Shown here: positions 47,470 to 60,100 of the stretch, piece by piece
How the letters are laid out: the number at the start of each line of letters is the position of its first letter
How positions within the stretch are numbered: the first letter of the stretch is position 1
NCBI GenBank assembly: GCA_052426225.1
Contig: JBNJNM010000021.1
Coordinates: 2,852,001-2,916,000, forward strand
Source of the DNA: Zancudomyces culisetae HAW-14-8
Lineage: Eukaryota > Fungi > Kickxellomycota
Direction of reading: 5' to 3'
Length of the DNA: 64,000 nt
The notes under the pieces: model-generated
What the model was told of the DNA's origin: nothing
What the model saw: only the letters and a program-made list of their open reading frames with translations
Database searches by the model: none
Program-made: the position numbers and the translations under genes

Positions 47470-48738
47470 TTACTGCAATGGCCATCGCTGTTTAATTGTT
47501 ATGTCCATATCATCAAACATTCCCATTCTATACCTCTCCACACCATTCCATGCAATCATCACCCCATTATCAGTACACAACCTTGCCGAAGGTGCAAAAA
47601 ATTCCAGCCCCAGTTCTGTACACATCTTTTCCAGTTTTGTTCGAATATATACATTTGATGCCACTCCACCACTGACCACCAATGTCTTGATCTTTTTGGC
47701 TGTATCGCCATTTTCATGGCTGAATTGCAGAATGTTTTTTGATGTTTGTCTGGTCAAGTGGTTGGTTATATGGCGCTGGAAGCTGGCTGCCAAGTCATAT
47801 ACCTGCTGTTCGCTTTCCAGCAAATAGTGTACATCTTTGAAATTTCTGTTTTTGTTGATCTTACTTCCATAACTATTGATTTCTTTGTTCCCTTCGCCAA
47901 GTGCTGAATGCTCCACACCTTGTTGATCCTGGATATTATGACAGCCGTACCGATATATCTCTGTTTTGATTCCGCAAAAGCTATAGTTGTTGTTTCCCTT
48001 ATGTTTAGCCTTAGTCAGGGGCATTGTAAACTGGTATTTATCCTCATCTCCCCTTTTAGCCATCGTTTCCAATCTAGGTCCGAAATCCCTAATTTCCGCC
48101 TCGTTTTCTTTTGACTGAGAGTCAAAGTAATTATTGATTTTGTCTATACAATATCTCGATACCTTATCAAACGTGTCGCCAATGCTATCATCGAGGGTTG
48201 TCGCCAAAACTTCAAATTTCGCCACCCCATGGACAACCACCAGCATACTATGCCCACCACTGATAAGCAAGCAGTAATACGGAAATTGCACATTTTGATT
48301 TTCCATCCTTGCCACCAGCGCGTGGGCATGCATGTGATGAACTCCAATTAGTTTTTTGTTAAACACACCTGCAAGCACTTTGCCTGCCGTCAACCCAACA
48401 GCTAGGCTAGAGGGTAATCCTGGTCCTCTAGTTACAGCTATTGCATCAATTTCCGACCAAATGTCCACGGCCTTGGGTGGTCCATTCACGAGCTGCGCCA
48501 GTAATTGTGGCAGATTCTGCAAATGAAGCTGTGCAGCCACGGATGGCATTACTCCTCCATACCCAGAATGCACCTTTGTCTGACTCTGTTTAAGCTCTTT
48601 TACTATCTCACCGTCACCAGTAACTATTGCAACTCCGGAATCATCACATGAGCTTTCTATTCCCAAAATCTTTATTGTCGATTTATTTCTTTGAAAATTC
48701 AGATTTCGTTGTAGTAACTTACACGTTGACCTAAACAT
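47470..48738 (-). CDS. QRI7: Mitochondrial tRNA N6-threonylcarbamoyltransferase Qri7/OSGEPL1 (Kae1/TsaD family)
   Basis: ILGIESSCDD, TRGPG, HHMHAH, LISGGH, DDSIGDTFDK, SGGVASN and CTDNGVMIAW. The ATG at 48738 (MFRSTCKLLQR) begins a presequence-like N-terminus. Confidence 0.9.
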   Translation of the reverse strand: MFRSTCKLLQRNLNFQRNKSTIKILGIESSCDDSGVAIVTGDGEIVKELKQSQTKVHSGYGGVMPSVAAQLHLQNLPQLLAQLVNGPPKAVDIWSEIDAIAVTRGPGLPSSLAVGLTAGKVLAGVFNKKLIGVHHMHAHALVARMENQNVQFPYYCLLISGGHSMLVVVHGVAKFEVLATTLDDSIGDTFDKVSRYCIDKINNYFDSQSKENEAEIRDFGPRLETMAKRGDEDKYQFTMPLTKAKHKGNNNYSFCGIKTEIYRYGCHNIQDQQGVEHSALGEGNKEINSYGSKINKNRNFKDVHYLLESEQQVYDLAASFQRHITNHLTRQTSKNILQFSHENGDTAKKIKTLVVSGGVASNVYIRTKLEKMCTELGLEFFAPSARLCTDNGVMIAWNGVERYRMGMFDDMDITIKQRWPLQ

Positions 48739-49017
48739 TTGCAAGAGCTCGATAGGTTGGAGTTCAATAGTATCACTTTGAAACAAAATAATAAACAAAG
48801 TATACCATTGATTAAAATAATAACGATTTGCACATAATCTGTCATTGAATCACTAATTTCGTTGTTTTTTTTAATCTTTTTGTTAATTTTTCTCCTGTTT
48901 GCTTACTAATTGTTTTCCACCAAAATCGACGAAATAAACAAAAAAATATGTTGGGATATAAAGAAGACAGAATTCCTAAATCCGATTCTACAAATATCCA
49001 CACAAAAGTAAGAAGCA

Positions 49018-49788
49018 ATGTCATCCAAAGTATCACAGGTAAAGTTTACTGGAGTGAACCCTAGGTATTCATCTTGGTCATGTAGAGGTTGGTTTGCGTT
49101 AAAACTGCTAGGCGTGGACTTTGAAGAAGATACGCTGAATCTGATCGACCCAGACTTTTCCAGCAAGGCAGAGAAGATATCACCATCAAAGCTATTCCCA
49201 TGCGTCACGCTGACCACTACAGATGAGAGTGGCAAAGATACAGGAAAGTCACACAATATTTGGGATTCGTTCGCAATTGCCGAGTGGGCTTACGAGTACG
49301 CAACTGAGACTGGAAACACAGCCGCAAAAAACGCACTTTACCCATCTGATTGGGAGTGCAGAGCCCTTGCGCGTTCAGCAATTGCTGAAATGCATTCAGG
49401 GTTTCCTGCAATTCGAACCCATTGTTCAAGCAATTTTGTGACAAAGCGTCCATTTACCCCCGAGAAATGGTGGGATAACACAAATGTAGAAAAAGAATTG
49501 ACAAGAATAATTTCTCTTTGGAAATCTTGTAGAGAAAAGTATGTAGAGCGTAAATCTGATAGCTCAGACGCTGCCTCTGAGGATCAGGGTTTCTTGTTTG
49601 GTACTTTTGGGTTGGTCGATGCATTTTTTGTTCCAGTCGTATACAGAATCAAGCACTACAGTCTACCAGTTAAGGATGAGTTTGCACTAGAATACATGGA
49701 CAAAGTTATGAACCATAAATATGTTTTGGAATGGCAAGATAAGGCCAATAAAGATACTATCATAGTACCACACTACGAATACATATAA
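49018..49788 (+). CDS. Glutathione S-transferase of the YSSWS/EMHSGF subfamily
   Basis: YSSWSCRGW, SPS..FP, IWDSFAIAE, RALARSAIAEMHSGF and FLFGTFGLVDAFFVPV. Intronless. Confidence 0.85.
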   Translation: MSSKVSQVKFTGVNPRYSSWSCRGWFALKLLGVDFEEDTLNLIDPDFSSKAEKISPSKLFPCVTLTTTDESGKDTGKSHNIWDSFAIAEWAYEYATETGNTAAKNALYPSDWECRALARSAIAEMHSGFPAIRTHCSSNFVTKRPFTPEKWWDNTNVEKELTRIISLWKSCREKYVERKSDSSDAASEDQGFLFGTFGLVDAFFVPVVYRIKHYSLPVKDEFALEYMDKVMNHKYVLEWQDKANKDTIIVPHYEYI

Positions 49789-50618
49789 AAGTTCTATAGT
49801 GCGTTTTTCTTGCCATTATTTTAGGTGTACTTTACATAACATGAGGTTTTTGGGAAATTTGATATGTAGAGATGGCATTGAAGTTAACCACTTTAAATAA
49901 ACATAATAATAGTAAATCGATTCTTGTTCCGTCTTTTATTGCTTTTAATGACCTATGAAAAACCTGGTCATTCAGATGGGTTGAAAAGCATAGCTAGATA
50001 ATATGTTTTAAATATGCAGACTGATATATGATATATCTCGATTCCATTTACCATATTTTCAATCCCAATAGTTAATTTCAGATTGAATAATTGATACAAA
50101 TGCAAAAAGCCGGGAAATAACAAACAATTATGAAACCCAGACTTCCCGGCCATGATGAACTTTCAAGTTTTTCGGAATGAAAATGCTATACACATTACGA
50201 TACGTCAAATAATTTGAACCTAATTTATTTGAGCCATTTTCTAAGCGAATAGACATTAGTGATGCCTTAGTATATCTAATCACATTCACTTGCCACCAAA
50301 TCAAATGGCTCAATTATATATATCCTTTTTTTCGAGTTTTTTTTTTTGGGTAAATAAACCCAAACTCGCTAATCAGATTTTAATGGTCAATGTCCCAGAT
50401 TTCGTAGTCCCTTTCTGTATAAGCTACCCTATAATCATATATATTTTGTCTAAAGAATAACAAGAAAAATGCAATAAAAACAATTATTTCCTAACACCGT
50501 TCATTCTAAATACAAATATAACTTTGTAAAGCTTGTTGAACATTGCAATAAAACCAAAGTTGAATTCAGATTAGAAATCAAGGTCGGGACCAGAAGCGAA
50601 TACCCGTAAACAGTGGTC

Positions 50619-53600
50619 ATGTTATTTACAAATACTAGTTTTACAACATGTCCGTGTAGTGAAGGATGGGGCCCATTTGGAGGGCATGAAAAACTGGATT
50701 TTACTCTATGTTTTGAGTATTTGGCAATGTTGCTGCCGATACAACTATTGTTTATTGTTGTGGGACTTTTGAACGTCTCACGATTAGAGGCTCAAGCGAC
50801 TCATATGATATACCATCGACGGTTGGGTAGGGAGGCAGCTAAAAAGGTATATTGCAATTTTATTATTTAATAATACTTGTTGTCAATTCTTGTAGCTATT
50901 TGGTATTTTTTTGAGGAAAACCTGCAGAAGACAGTCTACTATTTTGTAATCCATAGTGTAAATATATTGGTACTTTAACCAAATAGATTCTAATACTGGC
51001 TCTACTACTTATCAACATGATAAAGATACTTCACCTGTTTAAAACATACAAAGCAAAAATAAATATTTTTGAAATTGTTCAGGTTGTAGAACTGTCGGCA
51101 TTATTGATAATGTCAAAATACCAAAAGCTGAATGATCTAAAAAGCAGATACTCTTCAAAAGCACATCAATTCTACTGGTTGTTCATGGTGATAATTAAAA
51201 TATTTATTGGCCATACAATTCTAAGACAAGTAGATTATAACATATCAATCACAATACTGGTTGTGATGTTGACGGAAGTAGTAATACTAAGTGCATTGTT
51301 AGGTCTAGAAATGGCGAAATCAGCAAATACCGCGTATTTCTATCTAGGTGAGGATCAGAACGCCCAAGAGAATGTTGATATCAACCCAGAAGATAATGCA
51401 AATATTCTGTCGATGCTGACATTTTGGTGGATGTGGCCATTGATAAAGCTAGGAAACCAAAGAGATCTGAATAGTGAGGATTTACCGCAGCTACCCATGG
51501 AATATCAGACAAAAAATACAGCAGACAAATTTTGGAGCAACTGGGTCAACGAAAGGGCAAATCAAAGGGAAAATTTGGTAATTGCGTTAGCGAAAACGTA
51601 TGGGAGGCAGTACGCGATAGCAGGAATTTTAAAATTAGGACATGATACACTACAGTTTGTCCAGCCAGTGTTACTGAAGATGCTTATAGAGTTTATAACA
51701 TCTCAAGGAAGTGACAATGAAGCCGAAAGAAAACCATACTCACACGGGGTGTACATTTCAATAGTGGTATTGGTGTCATCAGTAGTTCAAACACTGTTTA
51801 TGAACCAATATTTTGGAAAGGCTTTAAATGCTAGCTTAGGTGTACGGACAGGGTTGAGTACAGCCATATACAAAAAGTCAATGGTGATATCATCAAGTAA
51901 CAATTCCAAGTTCTCAACAGGTGACATCGTAAACAGAATGGTGATAGATACATCACGCGTTTCAACTTTTTGTCAACATGGACATATACTGTGGTCAGCA
52001 CCATTCCAGACTGTAATAGCAATGTATATGTTATATGATATAATTGGATGGACATCTCTATTTGGAGTGCTTGTAATTATTACATCACTACCTACAAACT
52101 TCTGGATACGAGAAAAATTGAGAAAGATTCAACTGACAAAAATGAAAAACCGTGACATAAGAATTGCATTGCTTTCAGAAGCGCTTGAAGGAATAAAGAT
52201 ACTAAAGCTGTATGCTTGGGAAAATGAATTTATGAATAGGATTCGAAAAGTTAGAGACAATGCAGAGCTCACAGTTATAAAGAAGCTAGGGTTGCAATTC
52301 AGCTACTCAGCTCTGCTTTCAAACATAAGCCCATTTTTAGTTTCGTTGACAACATTTGCAGCTTACACATTATTTGATGGGGTATCAAGAGGACCCCTCA
52401 ATGCAAAGCTAATATTCGTATCACTTTCACTTTTTAATGTGTTGAGGTTTCCCTTTAATTCCCTACCAGGAATGATAGCAGCTCTGGCAGAAGCAGGGGT
52501 TGGAATTGAACGTATTAAATCATTCTTGATTTGTGACGAAATCAGCAAGAGAGGGATAACCAGACTAGAGTATTCACGAAATAAACACGGTGATACCAAA
52601 ACAAAGCTGGTTGAGACCGACAATGTCGATGTTTTCTGGGACAAGGATGGGGTGCAACCGACACTATCCCAAATTACGCTAGCTGTAGAAAATGATGAAC
52701 TGCTGGCTGTTGTTGGACAGGTAGCAAGCGGTAAATCATCACTGATTTCGGCCATTCTGGGCGAAATGTATGTTAAAACCGGGAGTATTACGACTAGAGG
52801 CTCAATGGCATATGCTGCACAGCAGCCATGGATAATGAATGCCACAATTAGAGAAAACATTTTGTTTGGCTACAAATATGATAAACAGTTTTATGAGCGT
52901 ACGATCAGAGCGTGTGCGCTGGAGGTTGACCTAAAAATGATGCCAAGTGGAGACTTGACCGAAATAGGTGAGCGGGGAATCAATTTGTCGGGAGGACAAA
53001 AGGCAAGGGTGTCACTTGCAAGAGCTGTATATTCACGAGCCGATATTTATATGTTTGATGATCCATTGGCAGCTGTAGATGCGCATGTTGGAGAACACAT
53101 ATTTGAGCATGTAATAGGACCTAATGGAATGTTAAATACGCGGTGTAGGATTTTGGTAACAAATGCAATACCATACTTATCACAATGCGATTCTGTTGCG
53201 TTGTTGAAGGGTGGAAAGTTGGTAGAAATAGGAAAGTTCGAAGAGTTAAACAGTAGAAAAGATGGTCAAATGAACGCGCTGGTCAGGGAATTTGGAAATG
53301 TCAGCGCAGTACACTCAGAGGAGGGGAAAAGTAAAGGTGATGTGACAGGAGTATCAGAACCACTTGTTATAAACGATGGTATGCAGCAGCAGGATCAACA
53401 GAATGGGCTGCAACAACAAGAGCTTATTGGAAATATTACACAGGGCAAACACAATCAAACGTTATTACCTGAAAACGATGCTCAACCACCAACCTATTCA
53501 GCTGATCCAGAAATTGCCTGTTCGAGTTCAAGGCGATCCTCGGCGTCTACGCTTCCTCGAGCCAGTATTGAACCATACAAAAACAGAATGGTAAACAAAA

Positions 53601-55441
53601 GCTATACCAAAGACATTGTTGATGACACAGAAGTAGGAAGGCTAATAGCCGCGGAAAAATCAGAGAGCGGACGGGTAAAGATGCGGATCTATAAGGAGTA
53701 TTTGAAATCTTGTGGAATATGGTCAGTGCTGATATTCCTGGGATCGATTTTATTAAACACGTCGGCACTTGTAGGCAGCAATTACTGGCTTAAGTTATGG
53801 AGTGATGATTCTAATGATGGAAATGAGAACAATAAATACTACTTGGTTGGATACACACTATTTGGAATTATTATTGGGTTATTCGTAATGCTTAGGACAT
53901 ACGTATTGTGGGCTGGGTGTGCAACAAATGGCGCAAGGGTGAGTCATGAGAAAATGCTTGTTAGTGTGTTTAGCAGCCCAATGTCATTTTTTGATACCAC
54001 ACCGGTAGGGAGAATACTGAACAGATTTAGTAAAGATCAAAGCACGATTGATGACGAATTACCTGGTTCGATTATGGAATGGTTACAGCTGCTTCTACAG
54101 GTAACGCTTAGCGTGATGGCGATTGCGTTTGCGTTACCGATATTTTTGGTGGTTGTTTTCCCACTGATATTTGTGTATGGAGCATTGCAAAGAATATTTT
54201 TGCAAGTAAGCCGAGATTTGAAAAGGTTAGATTCGGTTTCGCGGTCACCTATTTATCAACAATTTCAGGCATCTGTGGACGGAATTCATACAATTAGAGC
54301 GTTTGGAAATGTAAAGATGTTTATAGATGAAAATGCCGAAAAGATTGATACAAACCAGAAAGCGATGTATAGCAACTTTGGCCTTGGTAGGTGGATGGGT
54401 GTCAGGCTGGAACTTTTGTCCGCCGCAGTACTTTTTTTTATTTCAATCTCAAGTGTAACTTTTTTAATTAACAAACCGGAGTTTGCCAAGTCTTCCGCAT
54501 CAACATTTGGGCTGTGTATGACATATGCACTAAGTTTTACGAGAACGATAAATAGATATATCCGAAATTATTGTGATGTCGAAACTCATATTGTATCGGT
54601 TGAACGTATTGACGAGTACTCGAATTTGCCGTCAGAGGCACCCTTCACCATTAAAGATGCGCAGCTTGACCCATCATGGCCAAGTGATGGCAAGATTGAA
54701 TTTGTAAACTACAGCGTCAAATATCGACCTGAACTACCCAATTGTGTACTACGTGACATCAATGTTAACATAAATCCAAGGGAAAAAGTTGGTATAGTTG
54801 GCCGTACAGGTGCAGGAAAGACAAGCTTGACCCTTGGACTGTTTAGGATTATTGAGCCATATGAAGGACATATTTTTATTGATGGAATTGATATTACCAA
54901 AATCGGATTGCATGATTTGCGATCAAGGATATCGATAATCCCACAAGACCCTGTGCTGTTTTCAGGGACAGTACGGTTCAACCTGGATCCTACGTCATGT
55001 ACTGAGGATACAGAAGGTGGCGAAGATACCAGTAGAAACGCTTTACGGAAAAGTGATGAAGAGTTATGGCGTGTGTTGGAACTTACGCATTTGAAGCCAT
55101 ATATTCAACAGCTTGATGGGCAGCTGGATGCGACTGTGTACCAGGGAGGCACTAATTTTAGTGTTGGACAGCGCCAGTTAATGTGTCTAGCAAGAGCATT
55201 GGTTAAGGACTGTAAAATAATAGTGATGGACGAAGCAACTGCGGCAATAGACCCAGAGACGGACAATTTGATTCAAGGCCTGATCCGCTCTGAGTTTAAG
55301 GATAATACAATAATTACGATTGCACACAGAATAAACACAATCGCCGATTCAGATAAGGTTCTAGTATTTGACAGCGGTAGGCTGGTCAGCGTTGAAGATG
55401 GAAACCAATTCGCTAGGATGCCCAACATTCGTTTTGACTAA
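50619..55441 (+). CDS. YCF1: ABCC/MRP full-length ABC transporter, Ycf1-like (TMD0-TMD1-NBD1-TMD2-NBD2); exons 50619-50846, 50987-55441
   Basis: TMD0 CSEGWGP..DFTLCF; NBD1 GQVASGKS, LSGGQ, FDDPL; NBD2 GRTGAGKT, FSVGQRQL, MDEAT, IAHR. Phase-0 intron 50847-50986. Strict orthology to YCF1 is not established. Confidence 0.88.
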
Positions 55442-57184
55442 CATGCTTGGTAAGGCTTTACTTGATTAATCGCTGATCTAATCTGTTTTGGGTTTCGAAA
55501 CTTCCAATTCTTAATTTGCTAAGCATTTGTAGTTCGTTAGTTGTTAGAATTTTCCTTTTTTTTCGATTAGTTGAGTTTAAGATACACTAACAGGGTACAT
55601 ATTTAGAGCCTGGGTTTTTTGTTTGAATTATAATTTTCCTACACAACCCATTATTGGATGCCATGCCCCCTTTTTACAGTATTAACTGGGACTTGGGAAT
55701 AGGCAGCATCGAGTATATACTCTAATGTGCAATATTTGCAAATTTTTGTTACTCCTGTAACCTCAGCCTATATAGTTCCTTTTATCAACCCATTAATTTG
55801 TCAACTACGATATTTTTATAATCCATCCAGAATTTCTTATCTAGTGTTTTTAGTATTATTTATTCTATCCTATTTAAATTTTACAAAGTTCCAACCTTCT
55901 TTTAATTAAAAAAAGGTATAACTACTCAACTTTTACAGGTTGTTGTTTATTATAATGAGGAATGAATTAAATGTTTTTTTATACTATGGGGGTTGAAATT
56001 TTACGTTTTTGGTAAATATGTCGTTTTTTTAATCGCTAATACATTCATTACAACTTGAAAGGGTTTAGCTTAAATTCTGAGTATGTTAATTTTTAGGATA
56101 CAAGACCATGTATTAAGAATATTGAGTCCTTTAATGTCAAGTAAAACTAGTAAGGGAAAAATCGTCTCATTTAGTGACGACCCATATACATATATTGTAT
56201 GTTTTGTTTGCATGGAGTCTACTTGTGGTAGATACCAAAAAATATCAATCATTTTCATGAAAATCTACTAAGAGCGGCATTTTTTGCACTTTGAGCAACT
56301 TCAAATGAAATAAATAATCACTAGTTCATTCAATTGTAGTCTTGGGCCACAAAAATAATTGCTATGTCATACCAGATGTGGTAAGGTATCGAATAGCAAC
56401 AACCTGGAGTTTAGTCTGTCTCGATATGAATATTTTATTCTATTTGATCTGGAGTAATGGTGAGAATATATATTGAGGTCTGTTGCCGGTTTAATGATAC
56501 AAATTTAATTTAATTTTATTATTTGCTCAAATTCTAATAGTTCTGGATCAATTTAAGTAAATATGTTTTTAATGTCGGGGTACTGAAAAAATTGAATGCT
56601 AAACCCAACTTAACATCTAGTATGCTGAACATCATTAAGTATATTTATGCCATATAACTTTTTATATACACGTTGTAACCAATATTTACTATCATTTTTA
56701 TTTAATCCAGATGGTAATGCATGAACTAATTCTAGACAATAGATTTTATTACCTTCTTTTCAGCCTGGTTCTAGTACCAAGCAAAATATTTTGGCCAATC
56801 AGGTACTATGTGGAAAAAAATGTGGGTGGTTTTATTTGTACCGGATTGGTCCAAGTGTTATCCAGATCAATTGTTATATCGCGCGTCCATCTAGAAATAG
56901 GACAAGTATTGTGAATAGTATAATTCATTTAGAATAAACTAACCAATTTAGCTCAGGGAGAAAGGAGGAGTTAGAAAATCCGCATTAGAAGATATATTAA
57001 TTTGAAACCATGATATAGGCATTTAAACTGTATAGATGTTTATCGTATATAAATCCTTTAAGTCGCCTCCCATGTCTTGCATTCCTATTTCAGGCATATT
57101 GCATAAGAATATAGTCTATTTTTCCAATTTGAGATACACGTTTTCATTAAAGTCAAGAAAAAATTATGTTTGTAGTTATATAAA

Positions 57185-60100
57185 ATGAAAGCTTTAATTT
57201 CTGTATTGTTTTTTATCGTCTTTTACTCAGTTACTGGGTCACAACACGATAATTCGGGTAAAAGTCAAAACCACGTACGGTCCGTGGAAAACCCTGTGTA
57301 TCTGAGTATTGAAAAAAATGGATATTACGGCAAACAAAACAAAGATAGTTATATTAAAAATGATGGTTCATATAACATTGTAAACTACGGTTTAGAAAAT
57401 GCAAGGATTGATCCAGGTAATACTGCTAATACGCTCGATCAGACTCGGCAACAAATTGAACAGAGTGATGCTAATCCAGAGTTTCCAAAACTGGCAGCTC
57501 AGAGAAAACCACTTTCATCTATAAAATTTCATCCAGTAAAAAATACAAAAATTTCACCTGTAGCCTCACCAAAAAAATATGTCACCACTGCCTCAAGAAA
57601 GACGACCAATACTACTTCAAGAAAAACAACTGTTACCACTATCTCAAGAAAAAAAACAACTGCTACTTCAAGAAAGCCGACCACCACTGCCTTAAGAAAA
57701 ACAACTATTACCACTACCTCAAGAAAAACAACCACTGCTACTACTACAAAGCGAAAACAAACTCCAACACCAACACCAAAAGTAATGCCATCATACCGCC
57801 CAAGACCAAGCATTACCACTAAGGCTGCCACATCTGTACCAACTGTTCAAAGAGCTGCAGCTAATATAAATAGGGTTTTATTTTCCTCTAACTCTTCTAC
57901 ATACTCAAGACTGAGACCAACACCAAAAGTAATGCCATCATACCGCCCAAGACAAAGCATTAAAACTAAGGCTACTAAATCTGTGCCAACTGTTCAAAGG
58001 GCAGCAGCTAAGTTGAGTAGGGCTCTTTTCCTATCCAAATCTTCTACTACTACCAAAGCCACCACATCCTTACCAATTGTTCAAAGAGCTATAGCCAGGT
58101 TAAGTAACGTTCCTTCCTCATCTAGATCTTCTATTCTATCAGGAACTAAAATAAGCTTGCGGATAAAAAATACATATTCAGCAACAAAAGCCAAATCCTT
58201 AAAGAAAACATCATCATCGATCATAAAAATAAAGTCTTCTCGTATAACAACAAAGAGTAAATTACACACTAAAACTTCTTTCTCAGTGACAAAAACCAGC
58301 TCTCACAAAGTATCAAAAATGAAAACTAGAACCAGTCCTCACAAGACTAGAAAAATAAAAACTAGATTCCATACAAAGACAAAAACCAAATTTAGATCAC
58401 ACACAAAGACAAAAATCAAGACTAGATCACATACAAAGACAAGAACTAAAACTAAAGTTAGACCCAAACATCAAGCAAAAACCAGAACTCCAAAGCTTAT
58501 CCAAAAGACAACACCAACTACACCAATATCGGTAGCTAGGATGGTCAAAAATTTGCCTTTATTATCTACAACTGCAAAAACCTTAGTATCAAAATCTAGA
58601 ACTAGATCCCACAAGCGAGCTAGAATTAGGTCCAGATACCATGCAAAAACCAAAACTCCAAAGCGTATCCAAAAGACAACACCAACTACACCAATATCGG
58701 TAGCTAGAATGGCCAGAAATTTGCCTTTATTATCTACAACTGCAAGAACCTCGGTATCGAAAACTAGAACTAGATCCCACAAGCGAGCTAGAATTAGATC
58801 CAGATACCATGCAAAAACCAGAACTCCAAAGCGTATCCAAAAGACAACATCAACTACAATACCAACTACAACACCAACAAAAACACCAACAGCAACACCA
58901 ACTACACCAATATCGGTAGCTAGAATGGCCAGAAATTTGCCTTTATTATCTACAACTGCAAGAACCTCGGTATCGAAAACTAGAACTAGATCCCACAAGC
59001 GAGCTAGAATTAGATCCAGATACCATGCAAAAACCAGAACTCCAAAGCGTATCCAAAAGACAACATCAACTACAATACCAACTACAACACCAACAAAAAC
59101 ACCAACAGCAACACCAACTACACCAATATCGGTAGCTAGAATGGCCAGAAATTTGCCTTTATTATCTACAACTGCAAGAACCTCGGTATCGAAAACTAGA
59201 ACCAGATCCCACAAGCGAGCTAGAATTAGATCCAGATACCACGCAAAAACCAGAACTCCAAAGCGTATTCAAACAGCAACACCAACAAAAACACCAACTA
59301 CAACACCAACTACACCAATATCGGTAGCTAGAATGGCCAGAAATTTGCCTTTATTATCTACAACTGCAAGAACCTCGGTATCGAAAACTAGAACTAGATC
59401 CCACAAGCGAGCTAGAATTAGATCCAGATACCACGCAAAAACCAGAACTCCAAAGCGTATTCAAACAGCAACACCAACAAAAACACCAACTACAACACCA
59501 ACTACACCAATATCGGTAGCTAGAATGGCCAGAAATTTGCCTTTATTATCTACAACTGCAAGAACCTCAGCATCAAAATCTAGAACTAGATCCCACAAGC
59601 GAGCTAGAATTAGATCCAGATATCACGCAAAAACCAAAACTCCAAAGCGTATTCAAGCAGCAACACCAACTACACCAATATCGGTAGCTAGAATGGCCAG
59701 AAATTTGCCTTTATTATCTACAACTGCAAGAACCTCGGTATCGAAAACTAGAACTAGATCCCACAAGCGAGCTAGAATTAGATCCAGATACCACGCAAAA
59801 ACCAGAACTCCAAAGCGTATCCAAAAGACAACATCAACTACAATACCAACTACAACACCAACAAAAACACCAACAGCAACACCAACTACACCAATATCGG
59901 TAGCTAGAATGGCCAGAAATTTGCCTTTATTATCTACAACTGCAAGAACCTCGGTATCGAAAACTAGAACTAGATCCCACAAGCGAGCTAGAATTAGATC
60001 CAGATACCACGCAAAAACCAGAACTCCAAAGCGTATTCAAACAGCAACACCAACTACACCAATATCGGTGGCTAGAATGGTTAGAGAATTGCCCGTGTCA

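Noticed and set aside
58511-60080. Repeat/variable-spacer pattern resembling a CRISPR array
   Set aside because: Units are 168-216 bp and in-frame coding, the linkers are themselves repetitive, and the context is eukaryotic with no cas genes.
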